A stretch of DNA of 64,000 nucleotides from Paraspadella gotoi (GCA_051294375.1 JBJCIZ010000239.1:1754581-1818580); one strand, 5' to 3'; positions 44,021 to 57,349 are shown, counted from the stretch's first letter. Numbers and translations: made by a program. Notes: generated from the sequence alone by a model not told the origin.

Positions 44021-44669
44021 TATTTACAACACAGTTTATTGATTATATCATGAATTGAAACTAACATTCACTCACTTTTTGGATGATGACTTTTTGAAGC
44101 TTCTCATTGGCCGAGAGCGAGGCGCCGTCTTTGACGAGGCGCAAGGCGACGGTCGCGATGTTTTTGGCGTCGTCCAATCCGCTGTGAGGTTTCCCTTCGA
44201 AGTTGAGACCTTGGGCGGCGTCGAAAAAAGATAATTGTTAGATGAGCTTTGGTAATTATTAATTTTAGTCTGTCTTTCTTTCTCTGCTCACCCAAGTGGA
44301 ACAGCATCTCCGTAAGTCGTAACCGCCTGGTCCCGTAAAAGTTCCCAAAGACCTTTCTCACGTTGCACCATTTTCGAGCGAAGAAGGGGATTTTGATCCG
44401 CGAGAGTTTGCATTGCGACACCATGAAACGGCACATGTCCCAAGGACCGTCGGTCACCACTGTGCATCTAAAGTAGATCCGTTATAGGAGATTAAGTTTC
44501 TTAATCTTAATTACATTTATCAGTAGCTTCGTCAACAATTCTTCCATCAAGATGTTGTTTTTTACTAAAATTACTGTTAATTATTGCTGAATGTATTTAA
44601 TAATAAACTATGATTCTTGGTTCTTATTTGATAATTGCAAGTTGAGAAATAAATAAAATGAGATAAACA
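44021..44669 (-). repeat. Direct duplication of ERI1 3' exons (copy of 48297-48943)
   Basis: Near-identical sequence; joined to the MICU1 copy through ACA microhomology at 44667-44669. Confidence 0.9.
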
Positions 44670-47600
44670 AAGATCCTACCAAAAGATGTTTGGTTAGTCA
44701 TTTGCCATAGCGAAGGAAAGATTTGAAAGGATACGGATGAAGCGTGAAAACGATTCGTACGGGAATATGTTTTCGAGGTCGACGAGTTCTTGTTGTAAAA
44801 ATTTTTCATATTTCTCTTCATCTTCTTGATTCGGTTTAACGCGGAGGCGGAGCCGTGGTGGAACTTCGTCATGCTGCGACGAAAGAAAATAATTTGGTTT
44901 TTTTTATGGAGAAAGAAAAAGGAAAAGAATTGCGAAGACCTATCGAGAAAATCGAAACCCGGGATCGAGTCGTATTCGTCGGGCCTGACAAACAAAAAAA
45001 CACAATACGTTTTCAAAACACGCTATTGTTCGGGCAATGTCGAAAACCTCACATGTACGAGTCAAATTCCAAAGAATTGACTTCTGCTTTGAGCCGTCTC
45101 TGAAAAGTGATGAAATCTTCCACCGCCATGCTTTGATCCAAATTGGGTCCGAAAAAAAACTTGGCCACGCGAGTTTTGGGGGCGTTCTGTCGGAAGACAA
45201 CAAATAAATAGCTGCCCACCCGATTCTGATTAGACGTGAATGTAACCGAGTGAATGTTGAGAATGCTGCTGCCGTGATCCCGATGCTTCTTCCACATTTC
45301 CGTCTGACCCAACATCACGCTTTCGATCAAGTGAAATTTGCGGGCGTCGATCAACCCGTTGCCGTCGTCGTCGAAAAGACTGGAGGCGAAAACAAACAAC
45401 GACTCTCTCTTGGGACAGCGAGCAAGAGACCTCGTTATATAGGACCTTCACAATCTCGTTATAACCGATTTCTCACTTGAACGCCATTCGAAAGTGACGA
45501 ACGGGATGCGTGAGAACCATCACCAGGAAAATGTAATCGGCGTAGTTGATGAGGCCGTCGGGACTGATCATGAAAAACGTTGAATCCGGCATCAAGTCGC
45601 AGACAATCTGTTCAGGTTTAGATAAATGTTAATAATAAGAATAATAAAACTAAGGAGTTAATGGGGGCTCTAATAACGAGTACATTGAAGACTCGAAGTT
45701 GAAAGTCGATGAGAAAGAGACAATACAGACGACCAAACTTGTTTCAAATAAAACAAACATACTACCAAAGGACCCAACCGTGTCTGATTCAGCATCGAAA
45801 GTTCGGAAACTGTCCAGCCCAGCCCGTCCGGCTGGATGCTGTTGGGAGAGATGGATCTGACAAAATCCTCCGGATTCATGAAGGTTCGAGTTTTGACGCC
45901 CGAGTGATGACGGATGTCGTGATGCGAGTGATGTCCGTGATGGCCGGACTGAGGGTTTGTGTGTGTGGGATGGTCGTAGGTGTGGGGGGTAGATAGAGAT
46001 GATTATAAGCTTTAGTGAAGATGATTAAACGAAAAAGAAAAGGAAAATTTTTTTAGAAAAGTCAACGGTATTTACAAAAGACCTTGTGATGCTTGTCGTC
46101 CTCCACTGTCTGAAGCGTCGCAAAATAACGGAAGATCTGTTACCCATGAGGGGGGGGTGAAGTCGCAGGAAAAATCATGTTGGAATCAGTTATCGTGACT
46201 CCTTCACTAACACAACCTTGTCCGGCGTCGAAAACATCCGCAACCGATTTTCATAGGCGACGATGTGTCTCTCTCGAAATCCTTTTCGCGCTCTCAGGAT
46301 GTGCAGTGAGAGTTCGTCCGGCGTGGCGTAGGGATCGTCGGAACCGGTGAAAATCTTAAAGAGTTATAGTTAACGAGAATTCGTCGAACGATCGATTGTG
46401 ATCCGTTAATCGCAAACCTTTCGATAATTGTGATTCTTCAGGTTATCGTCCGTGACGCATCGTTCCTCAGAATGGCTCACGTACTCTCCGTCGTCCTTTA
46501 TTCTCACGGTGCAATGCATGCCTCCTGAGAGATCGATCACCCCCCAACCGTTCGTCAACTTCTCCTTCAAATCTGAGATTTCTTAGAAAACCCGACCTTT
46601 CTGGTGAGGATGGCGCATTTGGCGAATGCCTGACGATCGGCGGGAAATCGCCGGGCGGTTCGTCGGCGTCCTTTCCACCGCCGAAGGGCGTCGATTCTTC
46701 GTCGGCGTCGGACACTTGGGCGTCGTCCTTATGAGCGGCGTCGTGGCCGCGGACGCCGTAGTGGTCGCCGCAGATCGTCCTCAGCATGACGATGAGGGCT
46801 CTGACGAAGAAGGCGACGATGCCGTCGCTTCGATCGGGATCAGAGTCGCCGGAATCGCCGGAATCGCCGGAGACGATCTTGTCCTCGATCTCTTCGTCTT
46901 TCCGGTCCTCGATGGACAGGGCAATTCTTTTGCGTTTCCGGTCCAAGAGCTAACATCGGCGAATGGGAGATGGAGATACGGTGGAGTTGAGGTAAAGTGA
47001 GAGGAGGCAGGAAAAGAGCGAATGAAGATCGGAAGGCAGAGCGAGAAGAGTTTAATAATAAAAGAAAAAGAGCGGAGTGGAAAACAGAGACCGATTGGGC
47101 GGCGGAAAGAAATGTTTTTAAGACGCGAACGAAAATCGAGGGAGAAACGAACGAAAATCGAGGGAGAAACGAACGAAAATAGAGGCGAAGAAAGCGAAAC
47201 GAAAAATCGAGCGAGAAGCGAACGAAAATCGATGGAGAAACGAACGAAAATCGAGCGAGAAGCGAACGAAAATCGAGCGAGAAGCGAATGAAAATCGAGG
47301 GAGAAACGAACGAAAATCGAGCGAGAAGCGAACGAAAATCGGGCGAGAAGCGAACGAAAACCGAGCGAGAAGTGAACGAAAATCGAGGGAGAAACGAACG
47401 AAAATCGAGGAGAAGCGAACAGGAAATCTGCGGAGAAGCGTAATAAGAAGACGAGATAAACTGGGACACTCACGCCCTTTTTATCCCCGTGGTCGGCCAT
47501 CAAAAAGCGAAAGGCCTCTCGCGACGCCGCGACGCCGGCCAAAACCAAAGCCCTCGATCGATCCTCCTCTCTATCGGGGTCCGATGAGTCGTCGGCGCGA

Positions 47601-47713
47601 ACACGGGCGCCGCGGACCAATGCGACGCCGGTGCCGACCAGCGCCGGCGTCAAAGCGGCGCCGAAACGACGGCGCCATCGGAGAAGGTGGCGGGGGGTGT
47701 TGGGAGAGTTCAT
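44667..47713 (-). CDS. MICU1: MICU1-like 5' half including exon 1 (MNSPNTPRHLLRWRRRF..., presequence-like); redundant with 33653-36463
   Basis: Same exons as the 33-36 kb copy; exon 1 ends ...HGDKKG followed by gtgagt. Confidence 0.75.
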
Positions 47714-48054
47714 AGTCTGTCTTTATTTTAAGGAAATTCAACGATCTGAAGGAAAGGAGAGGATTCGGGGTTAAAAAGTTAAGAAGATCAAAAATAAAAA
47801 ATTATCGTTTTTTTTGAAACTGGGGGAAAATAAAACCTGCGTTCATACAAATTAAAAGAAAAACTGAGATTAAAATCGACACCTTTTTTTTTAAAGGATT
47901 TTTTACATTGAAGTTTCGTTTTGTTTTGTTTTTTTTTTATCTCAAAACATCGAAAAATAAGAGTTTCCACCGTCAATCGATGTTTTGAAAAATGAGAAGG
48001 GGAAAGGGAAAGGCGCGAACAATATCTCATACCCCGTGCTGATTCTCGACCGGG

Positions 48055-50755
48055 CTACAATTCCATGAGAGGCTTGACAACGGGCCCAGCCTTTTTAGGC
48101 CGGCCCTTTCTATCGAGGCCGCAGGGAGGGCCGACGTCTTCGTCCTCGTTGTACAACTCCGCGTCTTTCAGTTCCATCATTTGCAGAGCCCAGGCCAGAT
48201 TCTCCTTGTGCTCCTCTTCCTCTTCCTCGTCCACGGCTTCGTCAGAGTCGGAATCGTCAGCGACTCCGAGTGAGTCGTTCTTTACCTTGGAGAATATATT
48301 TACAACACAGTTTATTGATTATATCATGAATTGAAACTAACATTCACTCACTTTTTGGATTGATGACTTTTTGAAGCTTCTCATTGGCGAGAGCGAGGCG
48401 CCGTCTTTGACGAGGCGCAAGGCGACGGTCGCGATGTTTTTGGCGTCGTCCAATCCGCTGTGAGGTTTCCCTTCGAAGTTGAGACCTTGGGCGGCGTCGA
48501 AAAAAGATAATTGTTAGATGAGCTTTGGTAATTATTAATTTTAGTCTGTCTTTCTTTCTCTGCTCACCCAAGTGGAACAGCATCTCCGTAAGTCGTAACC
48601 GCCTGGTCCCGTAAAAGTTCCAAAGACCTTTCTCACGTTGCACCATTTTCGAGCGAAGAAGGGGATTTTGATCCGCGAGAGTTTGCATTGCGACACCATG
48701 AAACGGCACATGTCCCAAGGACCGTCGGTCACCACTGTGCATCTAAAGTAGATCCGTTATAGGAGATTAAGTTTCTTAATCTTAATTACATTTATCAGTA
48801 GCTTCGTCAACAATTCTTCCATCAAGATGTTGTTTTTTACTAAAATTACTGTTAATTATTGCTGAATGTATTTAATAATAAACTATGATTCTTGGTTCTT
48901 ATTTGATAATTGCAAGTTGAGAAATAAATAAAATGAGATAAACATTAAACATTAAACAATCTTCCGTCGCACCTGTACTTCTTGAAGTATTCCCTCTCCT
49001 CGAGCCAAACCAGGAAGGATTGAAGCACCTCCTCGAACGGAGGGGCGTTCTCGACCGTTTCTTGACGAATGCCGGTCAAAGTGGAGCAGAATTTGGTCAG
49101 GATGGGTTTCAACTTGGGACGAACGTACGAGTGAAAAGTGTCCACGNNNNNNNNNNNNNNNNNNNNNNNNNATCTGGAAAAAGAGGGGATTCGGACAATG
49201 TCACGATAAGCTGCGATGTTAATTTAAGCTTTAAAGTTATAAAACAATTTATAATAAACATTAAACAAACTAGCCTCCCCCCATTTAACCTCCATCGCCC
49301 TTGCGTCGACGACGACGGCGGGAAACTCAATGATCTCGTGCGGAAACTCTGGGTAGTTCTTCTCCTCGCAAGTCGCCTCGAAATCTATGACGACCAGGAA
49401 TTCCGCTTCCTGGTTCCGTTGACTCTGTGTCTTGGGTTGTGGAGGGATTCTGTGTAGAAGGGGTGTGGGTGTGGGGGAGGGGGTGGGGTGGAGAAGGGGT
49501 GTGAGGGAGAGCGTGTGGTGGATTAGGGTATAGAGATTAGAGATTCGGGTAATTATGGTGGTTAAAACTTAAATGGAAATGAAAGGGATAAATATGCCTT
49601 TAAATGGAGCTAATATTTAAAGTAAAATATCATTATCAGGGAAGATTTGGAAATGGATGATTTCCATTTGGGAAACTATGAGATAGCAATTAACCATCGG
49701 TTAATCGAATCCTCAATTCTCCCACCTCGCCGCCACCAAACTTTGCTTCTTGTAGAAAGTCTTCAATCGTTTCTTCAGGACATCTTTGAATCCGCGGTTG
49801 TCGATCCCCAGCTGAGTCAGTCTGCGCCCAAAAAAAGGATGTGCTGTTTGTTAGTCAATTTTTAATGATTTAGTTTTCAAATTCGTTACTTTTTGACCAA
49901 ACGAACCTCTCTTTCAGCTGAGAGTAACTCATCTTGTTAATCTCTCCGTTTATCCGCGACAACTTCTTGTAGACTGGATTGGAGAAGGGTCCGTCGTAGG
50001 TCTGCGCGGGCGGAGTCGTCGACCGAGGTTCCAAAGACGGAGGGAGGCTGAAAGGCCGAAAAATAATACTTTTTTATTTACGAAACATTGACCAGTTTAT
50101 CATTGAGATCACAATAATTATTATCCATTATCCATTCGCACCATTCGGACGATTCCGGTCGACTCATAAAATTCACTGTGTTGGAATAATCGGGTGAATT
50201 GGAAACTAACGTCGGCGGCGGGCCCGATGCCGCAACCGCCGCAGCCGCCACCGCTGCCGCTGTCGTCGACGGCAACTGATTGACTGCGGAAAATGTTTCT
50301 GTGGCTTGCAAGGCGCAAAGACGACAGCCGGACATGGTCACCTCCGGCAAGTATGACCCAGACGCATAGATAGGGCACACTCGAGGGTCGCAGCAATCAC
50401 AAGGGGTCAGCAAATGCGACGGGGGCACCGGGACGGGCCCGGCGGTCAAGCTGGGTGGAGGGACGGCGAAGGAAGGAGCGGGGAGAGATGGTTGGAGGGA
50501 TTCGGGGCATATCAACGCGACGGCGCCCGGAGGAAGAGCCGGGGATGCCGTGGCGGCGGCCGCGCCGGCGACCACCCCAGGGGAATCTTTGGAGAAAGAA
50601 GGAGGCGGCGCCAAATCGTTTGTAGGGAGGGACGAAGATTCGCCTTCACCGCCAGAGTTTGGCTTTGAGCAGGTGCAGTCGCAGTTGTAGGCACAGGTGC
50701 AGCCATCTCTACGAAGATGTCTCGGTATCGGGCGGGGACCGTCGGAGGCCAGCAT
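48055..50755 (-). CDS. ERI1: 3'-5' exoribonuclease ERI1 (SAP plus DEDDh) with a Cys-rich N-terminal extension and an acidic last exon; 25-N gap at 49147-49171
   Basis: FSNPVYKKLSRINGEINKM...RGFKDVLKKRLKTFYKKQ (SAP); VVIDFEATCEE...HEIIEFP; DTFHSYVRP...FCSTLTGIRQETV; VTDGPWDM; FEGKPHSGLDDAKNIA. Confidence 0.92.
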
Positions 50756-51117
50756 AGTCACGTGATCACAGTCAACTTTTTCAAAAGGGAAAATTCGATT
50801 GACTGAGAAAAATGTAAGAAATCAAAATAAAGATACTCGTTAAATGGATGATAAAAGATAAATAATGTCAAAAAAATCTAACTCATAGTGTCTCAGGGTA
50901 AGTCTTTGGGTAAGTTACGAAGGAGAAGCTAGAGATAAATATATAAGTTAAAGATAAAATATATAAACAATACAAATTTATTTTTGTAACATAATAAATC
51001 GTTAACAAATGTAAATATCTCAAAGTCAAACAAGATTTAACTCTTTGACTCTTTAACAAGCGTAAAACAAAACCTCGAAACGTCAACAACCTTTCTTCGT
51101 GACTAGTTTTTTTTTCC

Positions 51118-51260
51118 CATTAGTTACATAGCTATTAATTCTTTTTTGTGTATCAAGTTTAGATGGATCTCACGGTACCTCATCTCTCGCATTAGTTACA
51201 AAGCTATTAATTCTTTTTTGTGTGTCAAATTTAGGTGGATCTCCCGGTACCTCATATCTC
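51118..51260. repeat. 72-bp tandem duplication, intergenic
   Basis: cattagttaca.agctattaattcttttttgtgt...ggtacctcat x2. Confidence 0.85.
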
Positions 51261-51304
51261 CATCATCCCGAACCTTTCCCCCCCCATTTGTCGAATGACT
51301 AATC

Positions 51305-52777
51305 TCAACTTCCGATCGTTCCGCAATCAAGAACGAATCTCTTGACTGAATCGTTTTTGGCCGCGAGGTTCGAGTATACGGCGTCCAACTCTGACGCCGC
51401 CACGACTCGACAATCTGGAACGACGCCGCGCTCCGCGCAGAAATCGATGCATTCCTGCGTCGCCGCGACGCCGCCGATGATGTTGCCCGAAACCGACAGG
51501 CGCCGGAACATCAAGGACGCCTGGTGGATGGAATGAGGAGTGGAGACGATTCCCAATTGAAGAATCGTTCCACCAATTGCCAATAAAGGAAGATAAGTCG
51601 ACACCTGATGGACGAGATCAGTTCCGAATAAAAATTATCATTCAACTAAAACGAATCCATGTTTCTTTCCTGGTGATCGACGGACACCGTATTCAATATC
51701 AAATCGAGCTTGCCGACCCAGGACGACAAGCTGCTTTCCTCGGTGGACAAGAGGAAATCAGAGGCGCCCATTTTCAAAGCTTCTTCTCTTTTATTGGGCG
51801 AGGACGAGATGGCGACGACCTCGTTTCCCATCGACGCCGCGAGACGCAACCCCATCTGCCCGAGACCGCCAATTCCGACGACGCCCACGCGAAGGCCTCC
51901 GTTCAACGCCCCCCAGCGAACCAAAGGGGAATACATGGAAACGCCGGCGCAGAAAATGGGTCCAGCCGCTTCGAGAGGGTACTCGTCGGGAATTCTGTCG
52001 GGAGGGTTTAGTTTTTTTTTTGCTTTTTTTTTTGCTCGTGGAACGAAAAAAAATATTAAGAATAAAGTAAAACTTCGAGTATTAATGCCCCAAATAATAA
52101 GAACTACGTCAACTGAAGCATGTCCTACCAAGAGGCGACCGTCCTGAGCCTTTTGTTACATAATTGCGAATTCTTATCATTCCCGAAGAGAATGGAGGCG
52201 ATTGCGTGTAAATTGCGTGTAAATTCTTATCATTCCCGAAGCGATTGGAGGCGATTGCGTGTAAATTAAAAATCCCGAATTTATTATTCTTAATTATTTA
52301 TAAATCTTGGTTTTTTTATAACCTAACGACGAAACGACGATGTACGGTGATCGATCTCGAGTAACCGCCGTACGTGATTCCCGTGTCCGATTCGATCAGT
52401 CCGTGTTTGACTCGATCGTTGTACGTCCACGTCATCCCCCGTTCGCAATACTGCTCGTCTCCCATCGCGCAGGACTTGCACTGGAGACAGGACTCGACGA
52501 TGCAGCCGACGCCGACTCTGTCGCCGACGGAGAATACTTCTCCGGCCTCGTCTCCGCGCGCCGTCACGATTCCGGCGATCTCGTGACCGGGGACCAGCGG
52601 CCAAGTGGTCACGCCTAAGTCGTCGTTGGCGTAATGGACGTCGGCGTGACAAACGCCGCAGTAGCGGATCTCTATTTGGACGTCGTAGTTGCCGGGGGCG
52701 CCGCGCTTTACTGTCAGAGGACCGAAGGGGTCGTTGGGACTATTTTTACCGACGGCGCGGACCTCGCGAAAATCCAT
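51305..52777 (-). CDS. Zn-dependent NADP(H) alcohol dehydrogenase, cinnamyl-alcohol-dehydrogenase/YahK-AdhC family; 3 exons
   Basis: YCGVCHAD; PLVPGHEIAG; VGDRVGVGCIVESCLQCKSCAMGDEQYC; TYGGYS; AAGPIFCAGVSMYSPL; GIGGLGQMG; IGGVAATQECIDFC; RFVLD. Confidence 0.92.
52169..52267. repeat. Short tandem duplication in a CAD intron
   Basis: aattcttatcattcccgaag...tggaggcgattgcgtgtaaatt x2. Confidence 0.8.
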
Positions 52778-53482
52778 TTCGATGAAAAAATCAAAATGGG
52801 TATAACTAATATAACTATGATATTGAACATAATCCGATGTTTAAAACCAAGCAGTCAATACGCATTACTCAATTAAAAGCCAAATACACATTTTCATATT
52901 ACGGTTTTAGCTTCCGAAAAAAACTTTCGACTTTGTCAGAAATTATCGCTTCAGATTGGGCGGAGAGTAAGATCGCGAAACTACGGTGATTGACTTACGT
53001 TTCGGAAGTGGGCGCGCCCGTCGTTTTTGGTATTATTAAATACGAAACATATATTTATTAACAAGAAATGATAAGTACAAAACTTTAGTTCTTTCCTACA
53101 AATTTTTTCGAAGTCCTGACATCAGGCAAGCGCAGTCTCGAAACGTAATTTATTGGTCCTCAGTTTAAATTTACTGCTGAGACCGACACAGGATTTCAAG
53201 AAGGGCTCACAATTTCGTAGTGTAGTTATTTTGTGATGAATTACAATTTCCTTTTACAAATTTACTACCTCTTTTAACGATCTGCCATACCATGTTGGAC
53301 CAAAAAGATGGTAAGGACAAAAAGGGGTGATTGATAATAATCTGGAAAAAAAAAATACAAGTTGAAATATGAGAACAAAACAAAACACCGACGGCTAAAC
53401 GGTTTAGGTTGTAAAGAAAAAAAAAAAGAAGAAAAAAACCGGAAGATTCAACTCAAAACTAATGATATAAAAAAAGAAAGAA

Positions 53483-53803
53483 TCAAACGTCGAGTCGAGG
53501 TTTTTTAACAACAGAATCCGTTGATCCTTCGTCGGCCTCTTCATCATCATTATCATCATCATCATCTTCAACGTCGTCGTTTTCCTCAGTTCTATTTTCA
53601 GCGGGGGCGGCGCCGGCGCCGGCGCCTTTCTCTTTAAAAGCCTCGACCACGTCGGTCAACCTTCGGTTCATCTCCTTCCGACACTCGGCGACGGCGTCTC
53701 TCAATCCCTTCAATTCGAACGCCGCGGCGTCGACGGGGAAAGAAAAGTTTTGGGAAACGGGAGACCCGGTCTCCGTAGTCGTGATTAAAACTTTGACGGA
53801 CAT
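53483..53803 (-). CDS. Small acidic protein, candidate KEOPS subunit GON7/C14orf142-like
   Basis: About 106 aa: beta-hairpin-like N-terminus, helix LKGLRDAVAECRKEMNRRLTDVV, D/E tract, terminal NLS KKPRL. Similarity judged by pattern only. Confidence 0.55.
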   Translation of the reverse strand: MSVKVLITTTETGSPVSQNFSFPVDAAAFELKGLRDAVAECRKEMNRRLTDVVEAFKEKGAGAGAAPAENRTEENDDVEDDDDDNDDEEADEGSTDSVVKKPRLDV

Positions 53804-53866
53804 TTGGGTCGTCGTTCGAATCTTTAAAAATAAATTCAAGAGTAAAAAAAAAAATTAAACGATCAA

Positions 53867-53906
<40 letters not shown>

Positions 53907-54128
53907 TCACCCGATGAGCGGTAATTAATGATAATCAATTAAAATTAATTAAAGTATAAACCAATGTTTTATTAAACAAGTTACAAATAGACGTTGACAG
54001 TTTCAGTGATTCTTCAAGAATTTAAGTCCAACACACCGAACGGAAACGTAAACATTTTAATTCAGTCTTTGGGTTATCAAGTTAATCGGCGTAATGAGTC
54101 CAATTACTCTTCATTAAGAAATGGGGGT

Positions 54129-57100
54129 TCAATTCGGTAGATTCATGTCTTTGGCGACGAGTTGAGCCGTCGTCGAGTGAAAGGACGGACGATGTTTTTC
54201 AAAGGCCTCGATCGCGGCGGGTCGAGCTTCGGTCCAAGCGTGAAGATCTCTGTGGGGAGGGATTGAGGAGAAAAGTAACAAATATGAATGATATGATAGG
54301 ACAAACAAAGATAAACAGAGACACAACATAACATACATAACCAACAGAAAGTCGCCTCGTGCTATATCTCGAAATTTAAGAAGACTACACTAAATTCCTC
54401 AGTACTTATATCTCATTGGATAGTTCAATTATTCAATTAAATCACAAGATTTCTTGGCCAAGCATTTTTATTGCGTTCATCCCAACAAAAACAATCGAAA
54501 TTAAAACAACTACGAAACAAAAACGACTCGAACCAACAACAAAGAACCAAGACCGACCACCGACTCCCACCTGAAGAGCGGTCTCGTGAACTTCATCCTC
54601 CCTTGCTCGGTCGCCATGGCGATCGCCAACGGAATAGCCTCCGGCCAGCCCACCTTCAAACACAGTCTCAACCAACGAAACCGAATCTCTGAGTTCTTGA
54701 CCGAATTAAAAGCGTATAGATTTTCCATGGCCTTCAATTTTTCCACCGTCACCTCTCCCTCCGGCGCCAACAGCAACTGAGACAAAAACTCCACCGTCTG
54801 CTTGGAGGAGAGTTGACGGAATCCCTCATCGAGCCTTTCCTTCACTTCTCCCTCTACCGAATCCGTTTGAATCCATTCGCCGGCCAAATCGGCGCAGGCT
54901 TTTAGCTGCGACTCGTCGAAGGCCGGTTTGACGGGCGGCATTCCCGGCGCGTGAAGCCACGCCTTCCAATCGACGGCCTCCAACGCCGCCGTGGCATCCT
55001 TCCGATCGGCGAAATGCTCGAAGAGGAAATTCTTCCAATCTTCGGTGGCGATCGACTTGAACTTGAATCGCTCCACGTAGGCGCGGAGGAAAGGCTCGAA
55101 GACTTTCGGTCCTCCGAGGATCGATTCCAAATAATACAGGAGGGTGTGGCCCTTTTCGTAAGGCACGGAGCTGAAGGCGTCGTCCGGGTCGATCCCCTCG
55201 AGACGCGGGTTGAGCATCGTCAAGGGATTGTCGACGCCGAGCGTCTCCACGGCGTAGCGAAGGTCGTTCCAACCGGCCAGGGCCGGCAAATAAGTTTCGC
55301 GGAAAAGGTTCGCCGCCCGAAGAGGCGTCCCTGCGGATTTGTTGCGGTTGGAGAACACCGTGTGTCCTGGGGGGGGGAAGAAAGGTCGAGAATGAAGGTT
55401 GATATGGAATGATCGCAATGTCTCTCACAAGGTCGGTCGATATAAAGCTTACAGGTGATAACAGAATGAGTAAAGTGCATGCTGTTTCTATTTCATTCAA
55501 ATGACATCCAAACGAGGGAGAACTTTTCGTTTTCCCCATTTTCCAATCGCGAGACAACGAAAACCCAAAATCGTAACCTTACCCCACCCAACACCCCATC
55601 GGATCGGGGTCCCATCCTCACCTTTCGTTCAAGCCAAAAGGTTCGGGGTTGTTGTTGGTGACGGAGATTCCCCGTCCAAGAGTGGGAATCTCGTGAGCGA
55701 CGCACCGAGGCGAGGGATTTGTCGCGGCCAAAAGAGTCGGCGCCACGAAGGTGAGGCCAAGGGTTTCCATTCCGCCGTAAGGGAAGGAAGGCCGGCAGCA
55801 CGAGGGAGGTCTGGGTGGGTGAGGAAGCGATTTGTGCGAGGGAAATGAAATTCCGGTACGGGAGCTGAGAGAAACAAATCCACTACAGTTTCAAATTATA
55901 TAATATATAAAAAGATATATATACTTTAAAATGCAACCAATGTTATCGAAACTATTTTTAAGCTGAACTATCTAAGCTCGCCGATCGTAACTGACATTCT
56001 CTCACAACAACTCGACCTTCCCGTTCCTTCTCACCGTATCTGCCCCAAAGTAAGTCCCACGATGCTCTCCGCCGTCTGGATGAAGTCCTCGGTTTCCTCG
56101 AACTTCTGCGGCGGCGGCGTCGACGACGGGCGGTTCGCCCAGACGCGACTCCTGGGCCGATCTCGCGAGACTCGAGTTCGCCGACGACGATGGCCAAGAG
56201 GTAGGAAGGGATCGGGACGGACTGGACGAAGGTGGATTCCGTGGGCGTCGAGAGACTTAAAATTTGGGATTCGAGTGTAGGGGGCAACAAAAAACAGGTA
56301 TTTACAAAATCAAATACAGTATAAGTGTACAGAGATTAATCATCAAATATTCTGGGTTAACTCTTTCAACTTCATAAGTATAGCCCGCGATTCAAGACCT
56401 CGCCTCCAATCTTAAGACAACGACCAGACTTACTTTGAATCTTCGATCGACAAAAATAAAATCAAAATATCTTCCTAAATTGAAAAGAACAACATTCCAG
56501 CAATGTATTGCGTCAAGAGTTTAGTATAATTTAGTAAGTTACTTCAAACGAATGCTAAAATGAAAACACTACAAAATGTAAATGAATTTAAAAGATAAGT
56601 GAACTAAAAACAGAAACTACAAATATATTACCTCCTCCTTGATGGCGCTCATCAACACGGTCATCCCCTCCGGCGCCCTCACCCGAGCCGAGTAAGGAAA
56701 CTTGACGGCGGGTGAGTCTTGACACGGCACGAGGCTCCTCGCGTGGATGGCCTGACACTGCGAGAAGAGAAAGGGCTTTCGTCGAGCCGCCGTCTGCTGA
56801 GGCTTCAGCCACTGGAGGGCGCTGCACTCGGGTTTGGTCGAATAGTCGACGACCACGTTGAAGATCGAGGATCTATTCCCGTCCCGCGGGAGGTCGACCA
56901 CGAGCGGGGCGCCGAAAGCCGGATGGGAGGGTCCAAGACGAAAGGCCAACTCTTCGGTAGATCCCTCCAGACGCACGGCGGAGATGTTCAAGTCTCTCGT
57001 GTCGAGGATCAGCGGAGCGTCGCCGGCTGCGTTCTCGCGCGCCTCCACGCGAAGAGTCACGGAACCGGAGACGGTCTTGGCCTCGAAGTCGACGACCCAA

Positions 57101-57270
57101 TCGAGGTGGACGCGCTTGATCAAGAAGGCGTCGACGTTGGAGTACGAGCTGGGGTCGGCGGCGCTGATGGGGATCGACGACGACATTGTCGAGAGTTGGA
57201 GACTAAGAAAGAGTAAAGCGGCCGAGGAGAGGGCTAAGGGAACGAGAATGTGAAGGGACAACAAAGCCAT
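54129..57270 (-). CDS. LTA4H: Leukotriene A4 hydrolase (M1 aminopeptidase); middle exons frameshifted, probably by read errors. Conserved ATG 57186, upstream in-frame ATG 57270
   Basis: DPSSYSN; ALQWLKPQQT...PFLFSQCQAIHARSLVPCQDSPAVKF; PIPSYLLAIVVG; broken PYGGME(N) and AHEI(S)HSWTG; DPDDAFSSVPYEKG; NSEIRFRW; EQGRMKFTRPLFR. Confidence 0.93.
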
Positions 57271-57312
57271 GGGAAATAGAGGCTTCGAGAAGGAACAATC
57301 AAATGCGGCAAC

Positions 57313-57349
<37 letters not shown>

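Noticed and set aside
30765-48296. Three real MICU1 paralogues or a palindromic gene amplification
   Set aside because: The copies are near-identical apart from indel noise, abut a 25-N gap, and collapse to one clean locus. Treated as a probable artefact.
55300-56290. LTA4H pseudogene or programmed frameshifting
   Set aside because: Frameshifts are confined to one patch while the flanking exons are intact and the catalytic motifs are still legible, which fits unpolished long-read fill.
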